This document shows, in pieces, positions 37,019 to 52,000 of a stretch of DNA of 64,000 nt. Below the pieces are notes generated by a model. The model saw nothing but the letters and a program-made list of their open reading frames with translations. It was not told where the DNA came from and made no database searches. The stretch covers positions 16,926,110 to 16,990,109 of the forward strand of contig NC_134030.1 of assembly GCF_964204645.1 (NCBI RefSeq), in the 5' to 3' direction. This DNA comes from Tubulanus polymorphus (taxonomy: Eukaryota > Animalia > Nemertea). Position numbers and translations under genes: made by a program. The number at the start of each line of letters is the position of its first letter. Positions within the stretch are counted from its first letter, which is position 1.

Positions 37019-40000
37019 ATGACGACTATGGACGACAAATACCCTCAAAAAAGCGAAACAGTTTGTGCGCCAGACTCGGAGACATCGAACCAGCAAGAGC
37101 ACGAACGTCTTCGAGCTGAGTTAGAAAAAACACGAGTCGATTATGGTAACAACGATGAGAAAAAACAGAAACAAATGTTTTCAGCTGTGAAGATATGCAG
37201 TTTGCGACGCCATTGCACTTTCATCGCCCCCGCGTCCCCTACCAAAATATCCATTTCGGCATATTATCAATGAGGGAGGTCTGGGGAATTGAAACAAAAG
37301 ACTGAAAAATTAAATCTTTTATTATGACAAAAGCTCAGGGGTGATGACCAAAGGGACAGTAGTACTAGTAGTAAACAGGTGACCAGTGATTGTCGATTCC
37401 TCGCAACGTTGTTAAGGTGCTCAAGTCGACTATGCCGCCTCAATCATCGCAGAGTCTAGAAAGAAGAATTTCTTCTCAATCTTGAAATTCAGCTTCAATC
37501 CTTGCAATTTGGTTCCCTTAGTATAAATCGCAAACCGTGCTGACGAGTTGATTGGGACGCAAGTTGACCTGAACTCAGGGTAAAAGTGCATATCCGCTTC
37601 TCTAGTGATTGACGCAATCTGCTGAATGACAGAATCCAGGCTAAAATCTTTCTAGTGAAGATATCTTATAATTAGCCAATGGCAATGTACTGAATTGCTG
37701 ATGACGTTGAATCTGAAACAATGATATTTAATAAATTGATTGAATTGTTACGTGGAGAGGTGCGGATCTGCACTTATACCAAATTCAGCTTGATATGGGT
37801 CCGATTTTGTCCAGTTAGACGATACTGTATCACTCATAACCACTTTCATTCCGGCTATTGGTCATGTGTCTAACATCCAAAATATGGGAACTATCACACG
37901 TTAGTACGGGACGTTTTACGGTCCCCTTGATCTTATGGGAATGTTGGAATGTTTCCAACTTGATCATTATCCGAGTTGGATGTAATGTATTTCATATACA
38001 GTGTCACAAAAGATTTCAATCCGATTTGGGCAGAGTCTGCCGTAAATACGCTACAAATGTAGTATTTCGCTTTGTATCCTCTTATCTGAGTGAAGCGACA
38101 GTCATATCTGCTATTGTATAGAGGCCCTATTCAGTTAAATCTAAAATGAATGACAGGAATTGAACTCCTCGTATCACCGAAATAAAAAATGGTGTTTGTG
38201 AGTAAAAAAACATAGTTGGACCCGATTCTGTCAATGTAAAACGATGGATTGACCATGTTGTGACACTGATTAAATTAGGGCCTCCCACATCTCGAGAATT
38301 TTGTCACAAAATAGTTTTGGGTATTTAATTGTTTTCATCAGAACATCTTTAAAAGGGTTTCTTCTGCAACAAAAATATTTCTCTTTTTCAGAGCAAAAGT
38401 TTTTCGACTTGGAAAAATTGTTGATAACCAGTAACGGGCAGCTGGAAATCGAAAACAATAGAAATGCCGAATTAAAAGAACAGTTGAAACAACTAGGTAT
38501 GAATTATTAATGGCAGTTGCCCTGCGCAGCCCTGTTTCTGAATAGCATCAAGTAGGCTATATAAAAAAAGGTATTTAAATTTATGGTAAAAGAAAAACCA
38601 TTTCATTTCTTTTCAGATGAAAAACATTCCCAATCTACGCAAAAATTGTCCGAACTTCAAACCGAGCACGAAAAACTGCAATTGAAACTTGTAAGCAGAT
38701 TCTCGCTTAAAGATAAAAATTGCTTTAGATACAGTCATTGGGGTAGTGAGTGCCAGTGAGGGGCATTGTATAACCAATTGCTGAAGTCATCGTATTATGT
38801 TGATGGTTTTTCGAAATGACTATTTGCGCTTTGTTAATTGAATTTAGAAATACACAAACCGGGCTTGAAAGTAGCGATGACTTCAGTGCAAGTGGGGTGC
38901 CTTGTTATTTGACTACTATCACTTAAAGAAGGCTCTGAATAACGTGGTGTGACAATTCATCCAGATGATGATTGTATACGAGTTAAACATTTCGTTTTTT
39001 TCAGAGTCAGTTAGAAATTGGTAAAAATCATCTGGAAGATGAAAAAAGTGAAATGAATCTGGCGTTGGAGCGAAAAAACCGAGAGATACAAACCTTGACC
39101 TGTAAGTATTTCAGATATACCTATAGAATTTGCAGGGAGGGGGTGTTTGTAATGAATGAACATGTAGTGCAAAATCTTCATCGGGCACCCTTAATCAGGC
39201 CTTTTTGGAAACCCTGGAAAGTCCTTCCTTTTGATAAAAAAGTCCTTCCAAATTTGATTTTAGGCCACTTGAGACTTGTCTCAGCGGGCTATGATATTTG
39301 GTTTGTAGATGTATCTACCCTAGGCACATCTTCAGCCCCAAAATTGTCCCAGTCAAATTCAAGATGGCCAACTGGCAGCCATTGTTGTTCGTCAAAATCA
39401 GCACGTTTTACACATTTTTAAAGTATTCGAGAGAAATTTTGAAGGGGCTTTTATCAATTCCCTTGATCGTTTGTATTTATTTGTATCCCCCAAGGACCCA
39501 TCAGCATGAGAAAAATTGGGACAATCGGACTCAAGATGGTTGTCCTGTGACCTTTTTTGTGCCCAAAAATGTCAATTTTGGCCTGAATTGTGATTCCTGT
39601 AGCTTCTTAATGGTTTGCCATTTTTCATTGCAATTTGCTATGGGTATTCTTTGGAAAGGGATCTCTTATACCCGAGACAGGTATATTTGATCTGGCAATT
39701 ATGACGCAATTGGCGGCCATCTTGGTGTCATCAGTACTCATTCGTAGGTGGAAAAAAGTTTTCCCACATTATATTGATACTTAAGCATATATTGTTACCA
39801 CAATCAATTGAAAAGTTGTGGCTCATGACATGGTCTATGATCGTGGTGAGTTTCAAGGTCATTGGTTTTTGCATATGGCCACCAGGGGGCATTGAACAAT
39901 GCAATAACTTAGTATTTCTTTATTGTATTCATACCTATGCATATTTTGCTACCGCAATCAATTGCAAAGTTGTAGCTTATGACGTGGTCTATGATCGTAG

Positions 40001-43000
40001 TGAGTTTCAAGGTCATTGGTTTTTGCATATGGCCACCAGGGGGCATTGAACAATACAATAACTTAGTATTTCTATATTATATTCGTACCTATGCGTATTT
40101 TGTTACCACAATCAATTGGAAAGTTGTAGCTCATGACATGGTCTATGATTGTGGTGAGTTTCAAGGACATAAGTTATTCTATATGGTCACTAGGGGGCGT
40201 TGAATAGTAGAATAACTTAGTACTTCCTTATTTTATTGGTACCTAGGCATATTTTGACATACCATGCTCAATTGCAAAGTTGTAGCTCATGACATGTTCT
40301 ATGATTATGGTGAGTTTCAAGGTCATTGGGCTTCGCATATGGTCACCAGGGGGCGTTGAATAGTAGAATTACTTAGTATTTCCTTATTATATTGGTACCT
40401 AGGCATATTTTGTTACCATGATCAATTGCAAAGTTGTAGCTAATGACATGTTCTATGATTATGGTGAGTTTCAAGGTTATTGGGCTTTGCATATGGTCAC
40501 CAGGGGGCGGTAAATAGTAGAATTCCTTAGTATTTCCATATCATATTGGTAACTAGGCATATTTTGTTACGACACTCGATTGCAAAATTGTAGCTGCTGG
40601 CACGTTCTATGATTGTGGTGAGTTTCAAGGTCATTGGATTTTTCAAGGTCATTTGATGGGGCGTTGAATATTGAAATTGTTAGATTGTTGAGCATCTGAA
40701 ACCACTTCCCAAGTGGGCATTCCCTGGACCCCTAGTTCAACATGCCCCCCAAGCAACATATCCTCCCAGAAGCCTAGAGAATGTCTAATCCTTTTTCGAC
40801 ATGCTCCTCTATTCCTGGATCCTTACTATGCCTTACAATAAATTCCTCAACCCTGTACTGGGAGTGGCTGGTTTGCAGTGCTACGTATAGAGATTCTGTT
40901 ATTGTGATAATCTCATCGGGTCAAATTGGGTCAACACCCCCCCCCCACACAACGCTAAAGTAACAGATAACACGGTACACACTCATGTACACGCCATCTT
41001 CTGCCAACTTTTGGAATCTACTGGGATTTTGGGGATTTAAATTTGGGTGTAGTTACACCCTGGATCCAAATAAAATTGTCATCTTTACCATAAGGAACCA
41101 TTCCTCTGTGCACATGCCAAGTTTCATGGCCGAACAACAAATTGATTTCGTGCAAACTGGTAACGAAAAACGACAGTTCCCCCTTTAGGCCCCTATAGTA
41201 TAGATTTTAATCTTTCTATGATGACATGGAGCCTATTAAGCAAGTCAATCAAGAGAAAAACTAGCACAGTGTTCTTTGGTCTATTCCGAGTCTAGATATG
41301 ATAGAAATAATGACATTCCATTCACAAAATGATTGGGCATGTGACCCTGAAATTTTATGTCATTTTAGACTGCATTTGTTTGTAATTGTGAATAATGTTT
41401 GGATTAAAAAAAAGAACCTCCCGCCCTCATCCCCTTGAAAAAGATGAAAATATTATTTCCACTTTTAGTTTTAAAAACGCTCATAGCCAAAAAAATTTCC
41501 CGCTCTTGTCATGTGTAGAAGAGGTTTGGATGAGAAACAAGGTATCAACTTTGAAGGGCCTATTGGATGCATACATGCTTATTAGATTTTTATCCAGCCT
41601 TGAACCTGCTCCTTCATAAAAAAATTCTTCTCTGAATGAAATTGATATTTGCATGTCAATGGGTATTCAACAGTGATGTTTCGTTGCAGGTGATTGGAAA
41701 GAAATGTCCGAAAAAATTGCTGAGGCCAACAAAACAAAATATGAGGTCTTGGCTAAACTGGAAGAGGTTGAATCTCGTGAAATAACATCGAAGGTATGAT
41801 ATAGCTGCATAGTAGCGATAACTGGTTTCTGTCTAACTGGTTCCATATATTGCACTGGGAGGCGTCATCGAAATAATTGTAATCAGTCCATAACATGCAT
41901 GACTTATTTCCAAGAAGCGCAACCTGGGTCAACAATATGCTGGATTTGTGGATCCAGCTACATACAAAGGCTACCACGTAAAAAGTATTGATGTACCAAA
42001 ATGGCTTTACCGAAGATATGGTTCTTTCAATGTCCCCTGGTGGCAGTTGCAGGAACTAGTCTGTTGCACATGCTCTCCTTGCGCGTTTGATCCATAATTT
42101 CGTTAATACTAGGTTGATCTGCCTTTATGCATCAATTCGTACAGTGAGGAATTTGCATTCAGAAATAAACGACGACTTTTAACAACAAAGTTGTTTTTGT
42201 TTTCATTTATCAGTGACAGTTTACATATTGCACATATGTTTGAACTATAACAACTTTGAAAACGAACTTAACCACCTAAACTCAATGAACATTAATTTAC
42301 TTCAATCACAAAGAGGGAATTATAGGTAACAAAATAATTGCATTGTCGGGATTTGAACATGAAGTGGCATCAACTGTGTCGAAGTCTTTGAAGCGATTTA
42401 GGTAATGTTGAGTTCATGTGCCCATCGGAAGATCATACAAAATGGCGGCTATAGATGAAATAGAATGGCAGCTTTTTTAATCAGATAGCGAGAATTGACG
42501 TCTCCGAACTAATGTGAGTCCGAATCCGTGATTTATGATTGAGTTGACGCTCAAGGTCGTCTGATAATTTTAGGCTTGTCGGGGTGCACTTTATCGATGG
42601 ATGAAAATTCTTTGCCACATTCTTGTTGCTGTTTAGACCCGAAATTAGGCGGGATTAATTCATAATGAATTAATATACGCAAATTCGAAATGGTCAGACG
42701 CTGAGTTATATTTCTGACAGAATTGAAATTTACGTTTATAAGCTTCTCAGAATGAAAAATTTTTGGCTGGAAAGTGGAAAATTTATAATAATAATTATCA
42801 ACAGAATTACAAGAGGGTTTCTGCGAAAGCAGCAAAAACCCTAATTATCATTTGTTCTTGCAAATTCTTAAAAAACCATCACTTGTAGAATTCTCCACAA
42901 AATTGATGATATGATAGTGGTAGAAGTTTTTCGGTTGATATTGAGTTGGTATTTCATTTATTCACACAAATATTTACATAATCTCTCTAATATTCACCGG

Positions 43001-46000
43001 AAAATGATGACATCATAGGGGTCAGTGTTCTCCATAATGAGTCTGTGAGGCGCCTCATGAAAATTTTCAAAAAGAAAAATCTGCCTGTTATTTTCTGCTG
43101 CCTTTTGAGCCCACTTGGGACATACGTCCCAGCTGGCAATTGCGTTCACTTTTCGTCCATCCGTCCGTAGACGGAATCAGTTATTTCGGGAAGTTTTGAA
43201 TACGCTTCAATGTAATGTCTTGATATTTGGGTTACACATGTATCTACCCTAGACACATCTTCAGCCCAAAAACTGGCCCTTTTAGAATCAAGATGGCCGA
43301 CTGGCAGCCATTGATGTTCGCCAATACATTTTTGAACTTTTTGAGGGAAATTTTGAAGACGAATTGATCAATTACCTTGATCTTTTGAATATATTTGAAT
43401 ACCCCAAGGGCCCATCAGCAGGAGAAAAATTGGGTCGATCAGACTCAAAATGGCTGTCCTATAACCTTTTTAGTGCCCAAAAATGTGAATTTTAGCTTCC
43501 TACTGGTTTGCGACTGCTCATTGCAATTGCTGATGGGTATTCTTTGGAAAGGGGTGTTTTATACCTGAGACAGGTATTTTGATCAGCCAATTATGACACA
43601 ATTGGCGGCCATCTTTGTGTTATCAGTCATCAGTTGGTTTTTGTATATCATCACCAGGGGGCGTTGAATATTGAAATTGTTAGATTGTTGAGCATTTGAA
43701 ACCACTTCCCAAGTGGGCGTGGCGTACCTGGACCCCTAGTTATAAAAGTTAAATGCCCCTAGGAAAAAATTGACCCTTGTGGTCCCTAGGATTTCAAACA
43801 TTACTAGTATGTCAATAGTCGTATGAATAGTGAGTCAGACTACAGCTTTTCATCATTTAAACTTAGTAAAGAATACGTCTTTGAATCTTAGAATATCTCT
43901 AGAATTCATTACAAAATTGGTGATATGTCATATGGGGGTAGGGGGAGACATATCTCATTTGTTGATTTTCAATTATCATTTTTTTTCAGCACAATGAAAA
44001 TCGCAAAGCTCAAGAATTGAGTCGAGTTGAGTCACTGAATAAATGGCTTCAAGACGAACTCGACAAAAAGTCAGATCAGTTGCAAGAAATTCGTCGTGAT
44101 ATGGTATGAACAATCCCATGTCATTAACTTAAAACCTATGGTGCGGTGTAAAACGGATATACCACTATACTTCAATGTTTGATAGGTGCTGCCTATCTTT
44201 GAAAAGAGATTAAGACTGAATGTGGATACCCCGCAATGTGTAATAGTCGAAAATTCCGATTGAACCACCGCACTGCTGTGTCAACACACGTGGGATTCTC
44301 ATGTAGATATTGTCACAACACGGACTTAGTGTTTTATTGATGGTTCAAGTCAGCCATGTGGAGCAGTGTGGCCGAATGGTTAGGCGTGGGCTTCCCAATC
44401 GGGAGGTTATGTGTTCGAACCCCAGCTGTTCTGTAGTGCCCTTAGGCAAGGCATTAATTCACATTTGCTACTGGACTGACGTAGTACCTTGTATCGCTGA
44501 AGTGCAGATCATAAACTACATTTTCCCCAGGGAGTAAGATGAAAGTCTATGTTAGTTAAGGTCAGGGGTGATAATTAAATAATCTTATGACAGCGCTGGT
44601 GAACATTAATACAATGAAAGAGGTGCTATATAAAAGTCGAGATATTATTATTATTATTTTTATTATTAGCATTGGTTGACATCTATGATGTCATGCCAAT
44701 GCTAGTAAAATGGATCGAAAATAGTAGTACGAAAAAATAGCGCCGACTCTTCTCATTTTCATAGTAACTTCAAATTGTCACTCCGTTCACGTAAAACATT
44801 AGAAACAGCTGAAAATGACTAAAAAAATGTTTCAATTATTCCCCACATCATAGCGTCGCCAGAATTCTGATTTAATGGTCCAAAAAATTATTTGATCGCA
44901 TTTTTCTTGTTCATTATCTGGTATATGAGGGCGGGTTAAACAATCGCGTAGCGATATGTCCGCATTGACATTGGCAGTAAAGAATGGGGAACAGCCTCTT
45001 CTGAATAGAAAAACATAAAATTATGTACCTCCGGTTTACAAATATCACAGTGTTTGGTAAAAACATATCACTGTTATTCCAACTATCAGTATCCATGGGA
45101 TTATTTGGGATTCATTCTCAGCGTCAAAATACGTATTTCTAGAGCAGTGGAACGGCAGTCTACTCGTGATTGAAACCCGTATGTGATCGTGCGGGAACGC
45201 CTTTACTAAAGTTAAAACCATTTCATGATGACACGAAACATCAAACGGTAAACGGTAGGCTACCACCATGAAACGATATCACCAATAATGATAGATCATT
45301 TTATTCAATTTTACCAGAGTTGTTTATTGGAGGAAAATATCATTGTTAAGTACGCCGAGAACAACCATGTTGTATCATCAATCAGTTGACTGACATTGTA
45401 AAATTCGATTCGGCTATATTCTAATATAAGTTTTCACTTTAGGACGCCCTACCCGCCTGCTGTGCACTCATAAGGCGGTAGCACCCTCTTACGCACTCGG
45501 CAGAGATTCGCTTTGTAATGCGCGCCGGGGAAAAATACCTTTTATTTCCTTTTCCGGGCAACACTTCAATGGCCGTACCGTCGTGAGGTTAAATGAACAA
45601 TCCAATAGGAATGGTCTTGGGAAACCAAGATCCAAACGACGTACGTAAAGCCAAACAAACAAAAAGACAAACAAACAATCATCAGCCGTCCTCGGTGACA
45701 CCAACGCCGGCATCGCTCTCTGCGACGTTTTGGATGCGTACTTGCATCAGAGCTTGGAGCTCTAAGATCAGAGGGTCTTGCAATTGCATTCAGAAAAATC
45801 GTTCTGTTTTTGTTTTCATTATTCAGTGGGGCCTAACAGTTCATGCGTAAACATGGGTTTTTGTATCCAAATCTTGATTGATATAAATATCTTGGCTGGG
45901 ACATGATGGAAAACATCAGAATAAACTAGTTTCGTCTTTTTAACAGAATCGCATTAATGAGGTTTAACAGTACAAATAGCCTAGGCTAAATCGTTCGGCA

Positions 46001-49000
46001 GAAAATAAATTCATTTTCAGGAATAAAATCGTACTAGACAAATAGACCTTTAAGTCTGTGGTCCTCCCAATCAACATCATCATAGAAGATTTGCCGGCAG
46101 ATGTAAAACATTATGACCACTTAATACCACAGTATAATCTACCAATTCTTCAAGGCCCATGGGCCTCTTGTTATTATTAGATTGGGGAGAAACAACGTGA
46201 CTTGTTTTTCCTTGTTTTAGTCCTCACGGATACTGGAGTTATCGAGTATGAATACGGAAAAGGAGGAAGAGATTGCAGCACTGCGCGATGCCAGCGAGAG
46301 TCTACGCAAAACAAACGCAGCGCAGACAGAGAAAATAGAGTATTATGTGGAAAAACTCAAACAGGTATGACGCAATGTCAATTAAGATAAAAAAAATACC
46401 AGCGTTTGACTGAATAGTCAAATTTCATTCGTTATTGTGGAATGTTAGTCTTGGACCCGGTTCCACAGCAAATGAGTAGAGGTGAATAAGACTACGCTTT
46501 TAACCTCTTCGTTACAACATTAGTGACATATATTTACATCGCAAATAATGACCTATCACCATGCCGGTTTGGTGATCACTATGCCACTGGTGTGTAGTTG
46601 TACTAAAAAAACCATCAGCTTCAATTCAGTTCCAATTTTAACTCATAGATGGGGGGTTAGTACCTCTAATGCCGAATTGATTTAAATTGAATGATGCCAT
46701 TGGGTTCGAATCCTGGTGCGAGCCGTAACATTATCTGCGGTATTAAAGAGGTTAGAGGTGTTACGATCTCCCAATTCATCTTAAGGCTCAATTTGTTCAA
46801 ATCGGACTTCTTTCTTGTTCACTTTTAATAAAAATACTATTTTTTATGTCAAATTAAGCTCATTGAGTGTTGATACCGTATGTTCCCAAAAAGCAATGAC
46901 TGGTATTCAGTTATGCTACGAGTTGGAATAATCAAAATCTAAATAGTTTTCAATTTGTATAACCCCTATTTATGCAAAAAGTCTTAGATATAGTAATGCC
47001 AATGGTTGCAATGGTTTTTGATGCAATTCGTTTTTTTTTTTCATTTTTGTAGATTCGTGATTCACAGATTAAAATTGAAGAGGAGTTTAACAACGAACTC
47101 AGCGCGAAAGAAAAACTTGTCAAACTTTACAAAGAGTCAGCGCAAGAGAAAGCGAAACATAAAACGGAACTGTTGAGTGCAGTGGAAGAGCTGCAAAATC
47201 TACTGCAAGCTGCAGCTACAGGTAATGGGACCCTGGAGTCAATTGAGAATTATAAGCAAAGACCTTGACACTAGAATTGGTGGCATTCAAAATTAACTAA
47301 TCTGACTCTCAAGTGGAAATCAATTGAGAACAATGGACGAGGACCATTACTCCTGAGTCAGTGGCACTGAAAATCAATTAACTTGTCAAGTTGTTGACTC
47401 GTCAAGTTGAAGTCAATCGAGACTGATAGGCAAAGACCGTCGCTCATATGCTCAATCAATTGAGAGCAATAGACAAACACCATTAGGCCTAATCCTGAGT
47501 CAGTGGCATTGAAAATTAACTAATTTGACTACAGGTATAAAATCAATTGAGATTTCAATTAGACAAATCAATGTGATTTTGTTGATCAATTTAAGCTACG
47601 GAAAATATAGAAAAACAGCGGGTTGAGGAAGTGACCGAATTGACTTCCGAAATATCAGTTAAAGGTAAGAAAAACAACTCTTGAGTTGACCGGTATTGAG
47701 TTGAGTTGACCGATAATCAGTTAAGTGCGTCATGGTTCTTACACATCAGGGAAATCAGGGGATACCCAAATTATGGTATGTGCAGTCTTCAGTATTGGTA
47801 TCCACTGTCGACCTCGCTTAATTCGTATCTCTTGGGGCCGTGATTTGTTTCTTCGAATTAGGCATTATAGGGAATGCATAATTTGTATTTTCTATGAATT
47901 ATGTATCATTCGTAGCATAAACGATTTATCTATTACTTCGTATGAACTAAGAATAAAAACCTGCTAAAAATTGTTTCCAGAGGCATTAGGAACAAACGCT
48001 GCATGCTAGGGCCATTCATCGTTTACACTTAACTGGCGGGTAAATATATTTTGTGGCCGCGGCACGCTTAGTGGCAATATGGCTGACAAGTAGTAATTGG
48101 TAAGTTTGTCACTCCCTGCCAAAAGGCAGAACAATGGGATTCGAATTACGCATCGCATTTTCAATTGTTTTTAAGAAAAGGGACCATCGATACAGCTATG
48201 AATTAGGAAGTACGAATTATCCTTGAATGGAAATTAAAGGGAATAACAAAGGAAAAAATTGGGGGCCTTTTATTTTTATACGAATTAGGTTATTTATTCA
48301 AATTTAAGCAACGATGAATTAAGCGAGGTTGACTGTGGTTGAGAAGAAACGGCTCCAACTGAGGATATCTTGTGATTATGTATGGAAATGTATGGTCTAA
48401 GAGCAGGGTAATATAAGCCAGGGATTTTTGATTTCCTGATGTGCAAGAACAAGTCCCTGGACAGCGGGTTCGACCGAATTGGCTATAAATTTCAAGAAAA
48501 ATGTTTATTTCTTTGATTTTCAGATGAAAAAATTGAGAAAATGAATAAAGAACTAGAACACGCGAATCACTTACTGGGTGCAGCTCGACGCAGAGGTAAC
48601 CTTTTATTTTCAACAACGATCAGTTTAAAAAAACAAAAAATAAGTTTCAAAAGTGTTACTGAAGTAAAACGCCGTCCTTTCATGGTCAGACCTGTCAATC
48701 AAAAGAGATCCCTCAAGTTTCCATGAATGCAACGGATGGCCTTTATATCAGTTCTCCTTTAAGCCACATGGTGGTGCTTTGATTGGTTAATTTCGAGTAC
48801 AATGTATACGGTATACAAGTTTACATGTTTCCATGTTTCTCAGCTCGGTGTCTAGATTCAACTCAAAACTGGAATTAAATCTCGAAGATTTGAATTCTGT
48901 GGCTATAAAATCATCTTGTGTATTTCTGTAATAGGTGGTATTCCTCTGACTGAGGAAAGTGCTGAGACTCTATCACCGACCGCTGCAGCTACGAGTAAAC

Positions 49001-52000
49001 TGCTTAAATCAGGAATGACATTGACTCAGGTATTTCAAACATTCTAGTAGAATAGTCGGCCAAAATCTGATGTGGAGAATAGATAATAAGTTTAAAGCCC
49101 ACCATATGAATATTAAAAGATCCCCAACGATGGTTTCTAGAGATAGTGCAAACATTTTCTTTTTACTTAAAACTTTTGATGAATAAGATTTAATTTTGAT
49201 CTTTTAAATTTTGTCTAAAACTTCAATGATTCAGAAGAATTATGATCATTTGCTTATCCCGAACTTCTCATTCTCGATAATTTCAACGATTCAGTAAAAT
49301 TATGATTGGTTACTGATGTTGGCTAATGATCCACTTCTCATTCTTATAACTTCGATGATTCAGTGAAATGCCGATTTCATTCTCGGTGACTTCAATCAAC
49401 CTACTTTCAATGAAATTACAATTACTAGATTGTTACTAATGACGTAGACTCGACGTATCGGCCCCACTCCGCGCGGTTGCGCCACCGCGCGGGATTTACG
49501 CGAAGCAACAGAACACAAACATGGCCACTCACTCAATTTTCAATGATAGAAATCGTGTGTGCATTTCAATTATTTCGGCTGTTAGGGTTTTAAGGCACAA
49601 TATAAGTTGATGATGTGATATGGCGATGTTAATTAATGATAATTCCGCAGTGAAGCTAGTCACGAACGATGCCGATTGAGTGTACAGCTGCCAAAAACAC
49701 TGAAATGTGCGTAGTTGCGTAACTATTTGCAGTGAATTGCAGACGAAACATGAAGCCTTAACGGCCGTTTAAAAAAAAATTATACCAATTGCAATTGTGA
49801 AGTAAAAATGAGATAGAACCTAAGTTAAAATTCTGGCCATTTCTAAAATGTTATTACTAATTTTTAGTCAGTGTGGAACGTTTAGTTTTCCAACAATAAT
49901 GAGGGGTGGTAGGTAGTCATGCAATTCAAGTCATCATTTATTACACGTTACTTCCGTGTTGTCGAAAATCTCGCGAGTCCTGGACCAAACCCCAATGAAC
50001 AATGTGATCTGTGTGCTGGCCACAAATGCACACAGATCACACTACGCTACCCATTACACACTCCAGTACCCACAGCTTTCATATATCCATCCAAATATTT
50101 AGTGTCTTTCTTCCTGGATTCAGTAAAATTATGTTTATAAAACCTGTGGACTAGATCGATGATATCGCGTCGTCTGGTTTTAGATTTACAGTGAGTACGT
50201 GCAGACAACTGAATTGCTGCAGACGGAGAAAGAAGAGAAAGCTCGATTGAACCTGCAGTTAGATCACATTCTGCAGGAAATCGAAGACAAAGCCCCCATC
50301 ATTAAAAAGCAACGTGAAGATTACGACAACGCCATCCAAACAATTCATCAGATGACAAAACAACTCGACATGGCCATGTTGGTAAGTTAAGCCTATCTCG
50401 GGTCCCTTAAGGGAAGACGCGGGTCTGAAAATCCAGATTTTCCGTTTTTTTCCCAAATTTTCAAAACGGCAATTTTCCGATACCTTAATATGTTTATTCG
50501 AATGTCACAAGTCCAGTTTACCGACATAATGCCACAAAATGTAATAAAACATAATTTTGTAATGTGTGTTGTTGTTAATTTATTAAAACAAAAGGATTTT
50601 GATCGGAAAATTAGCAAAGTTTTGTCCGTGGTTACGACTAGTTTTTGTTGACGAAGTCGGCCATATTTGGTATCGTGGAAATCACGGTTTCAACAAGAAT
50701 AACGGCTAGCTACTGCTAGATCCAAGTCTCGAAAGGTTGTTCTTAGATTCGTCATCAAACCTGGCGTCATAATTCACGGAAATATCCTTATACGGTAGTC
50801 CCGTGCACCTGCTGAATGTTGCGCGATGCTGATTGGTTCCGAGTGCGCTTCGGGCACTTCCGTGCTTAGTAACGCCAATCATGTGACCGAACAAAATGGC
50901 GGCCGCCAGTAAACAGTAAACTGCATCGTTCGAATTTGTTTTGAAAACTGACGTTTATATCGATATTTCTGTGCATTAGTTCGTCGGTCTTTTCACAAGA
51001 ACAATGGGTAGAGCTACGAAGTTTGCTTCGAAGCATAAATTTGGAAGTAAATCAAAGAAAAAGTCAGAAACACGAGGTAGGAAGAGAAAAATCGAAAATG
51101 TTGTTGGTGAAATTTTGATACAAGTTGATGAAGCTGCTGTCAGTATCAACGAGGCTGTACCCTCTACACGTGGTGGTACCAACGAGCCTGTACCCTCTAC
51201 CAGTGGTGGCACTCCAGTGATCCAAGATCCAGTGCCAAAAATTAGTGCCAGTAAAAAAAAGTTGAATTTGTACAAAGACATCAGGCCTATTGATGATGAG
51301 GATGACTGTGACAGAGAACCTGCTGTTGCCACTGGTTCATTTTTGCTTCTCCACACAGACTCGTTAGATAAACTTGTAGCGCCACTGAAATGTCCTTCCT
51401 GTTCCCAGACAGGGCACCTAAAATCTGATTGCACCGGTACTAGGATGGGTCTGTCGAACCGTGTAAAAATTATTTGTGAAAATGATTGGCATGATGCTTC
51501 ATTCGTTGTTTCGTCTACTTGGTCCAGCCCCCGTGACATGACGGCAGCTGATGTAACTGCCAGAGCTCCGTTCGAGATAAATAAGCGTGCTGTTTTAGCC
51601 ATAAAAGAAATAGGACATGGCTGTTCAGCCCTCAATAAAGTTACAGAAATACTTGGTGTGAATGGCGGACTCCATCATAAAACATATTCTAAGTACAACA
51701 AGGAAATTCATTTATCTGTGGTATACACTCATGGCGTACAAAACATGGCTGACACTCATGCAATTATTTGTAAAGCTTATGAGGAGTTGGATCCAGACAA
51801 TCGTGATGAAGACATCATCAATATTGATGTGTCTTACGATGGAACTTGGATGAAACGAGGGCATCAATCAAATATTGGCATCGGTTTTGTTATCGATACT
51901 CTCACTGGTCTAGTTATTGATTTTCATGTGATGAGTAAGTTTTGCCTAGAATGTTCTGTTGTTGGTGAAAAGTTACGTGGTGAAGAAAAAGAGGCTTGGT

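Noticed and set aside
37380-37860. Coding-like minus-strand stretch in TPR intron 1
   Set aside because: Several stops and no recognisable motif; cannot be assigned without a search.
39298-40203. ORFs of 74-130 aa in TPR intron 4
   Set aside because: Incidental frames through the HINE tandem array.
44360-44430. tRNA gene
   Set aside because: A and B boxes continue into a SINE body and (ATT)n tail; no proper cloverleaf.
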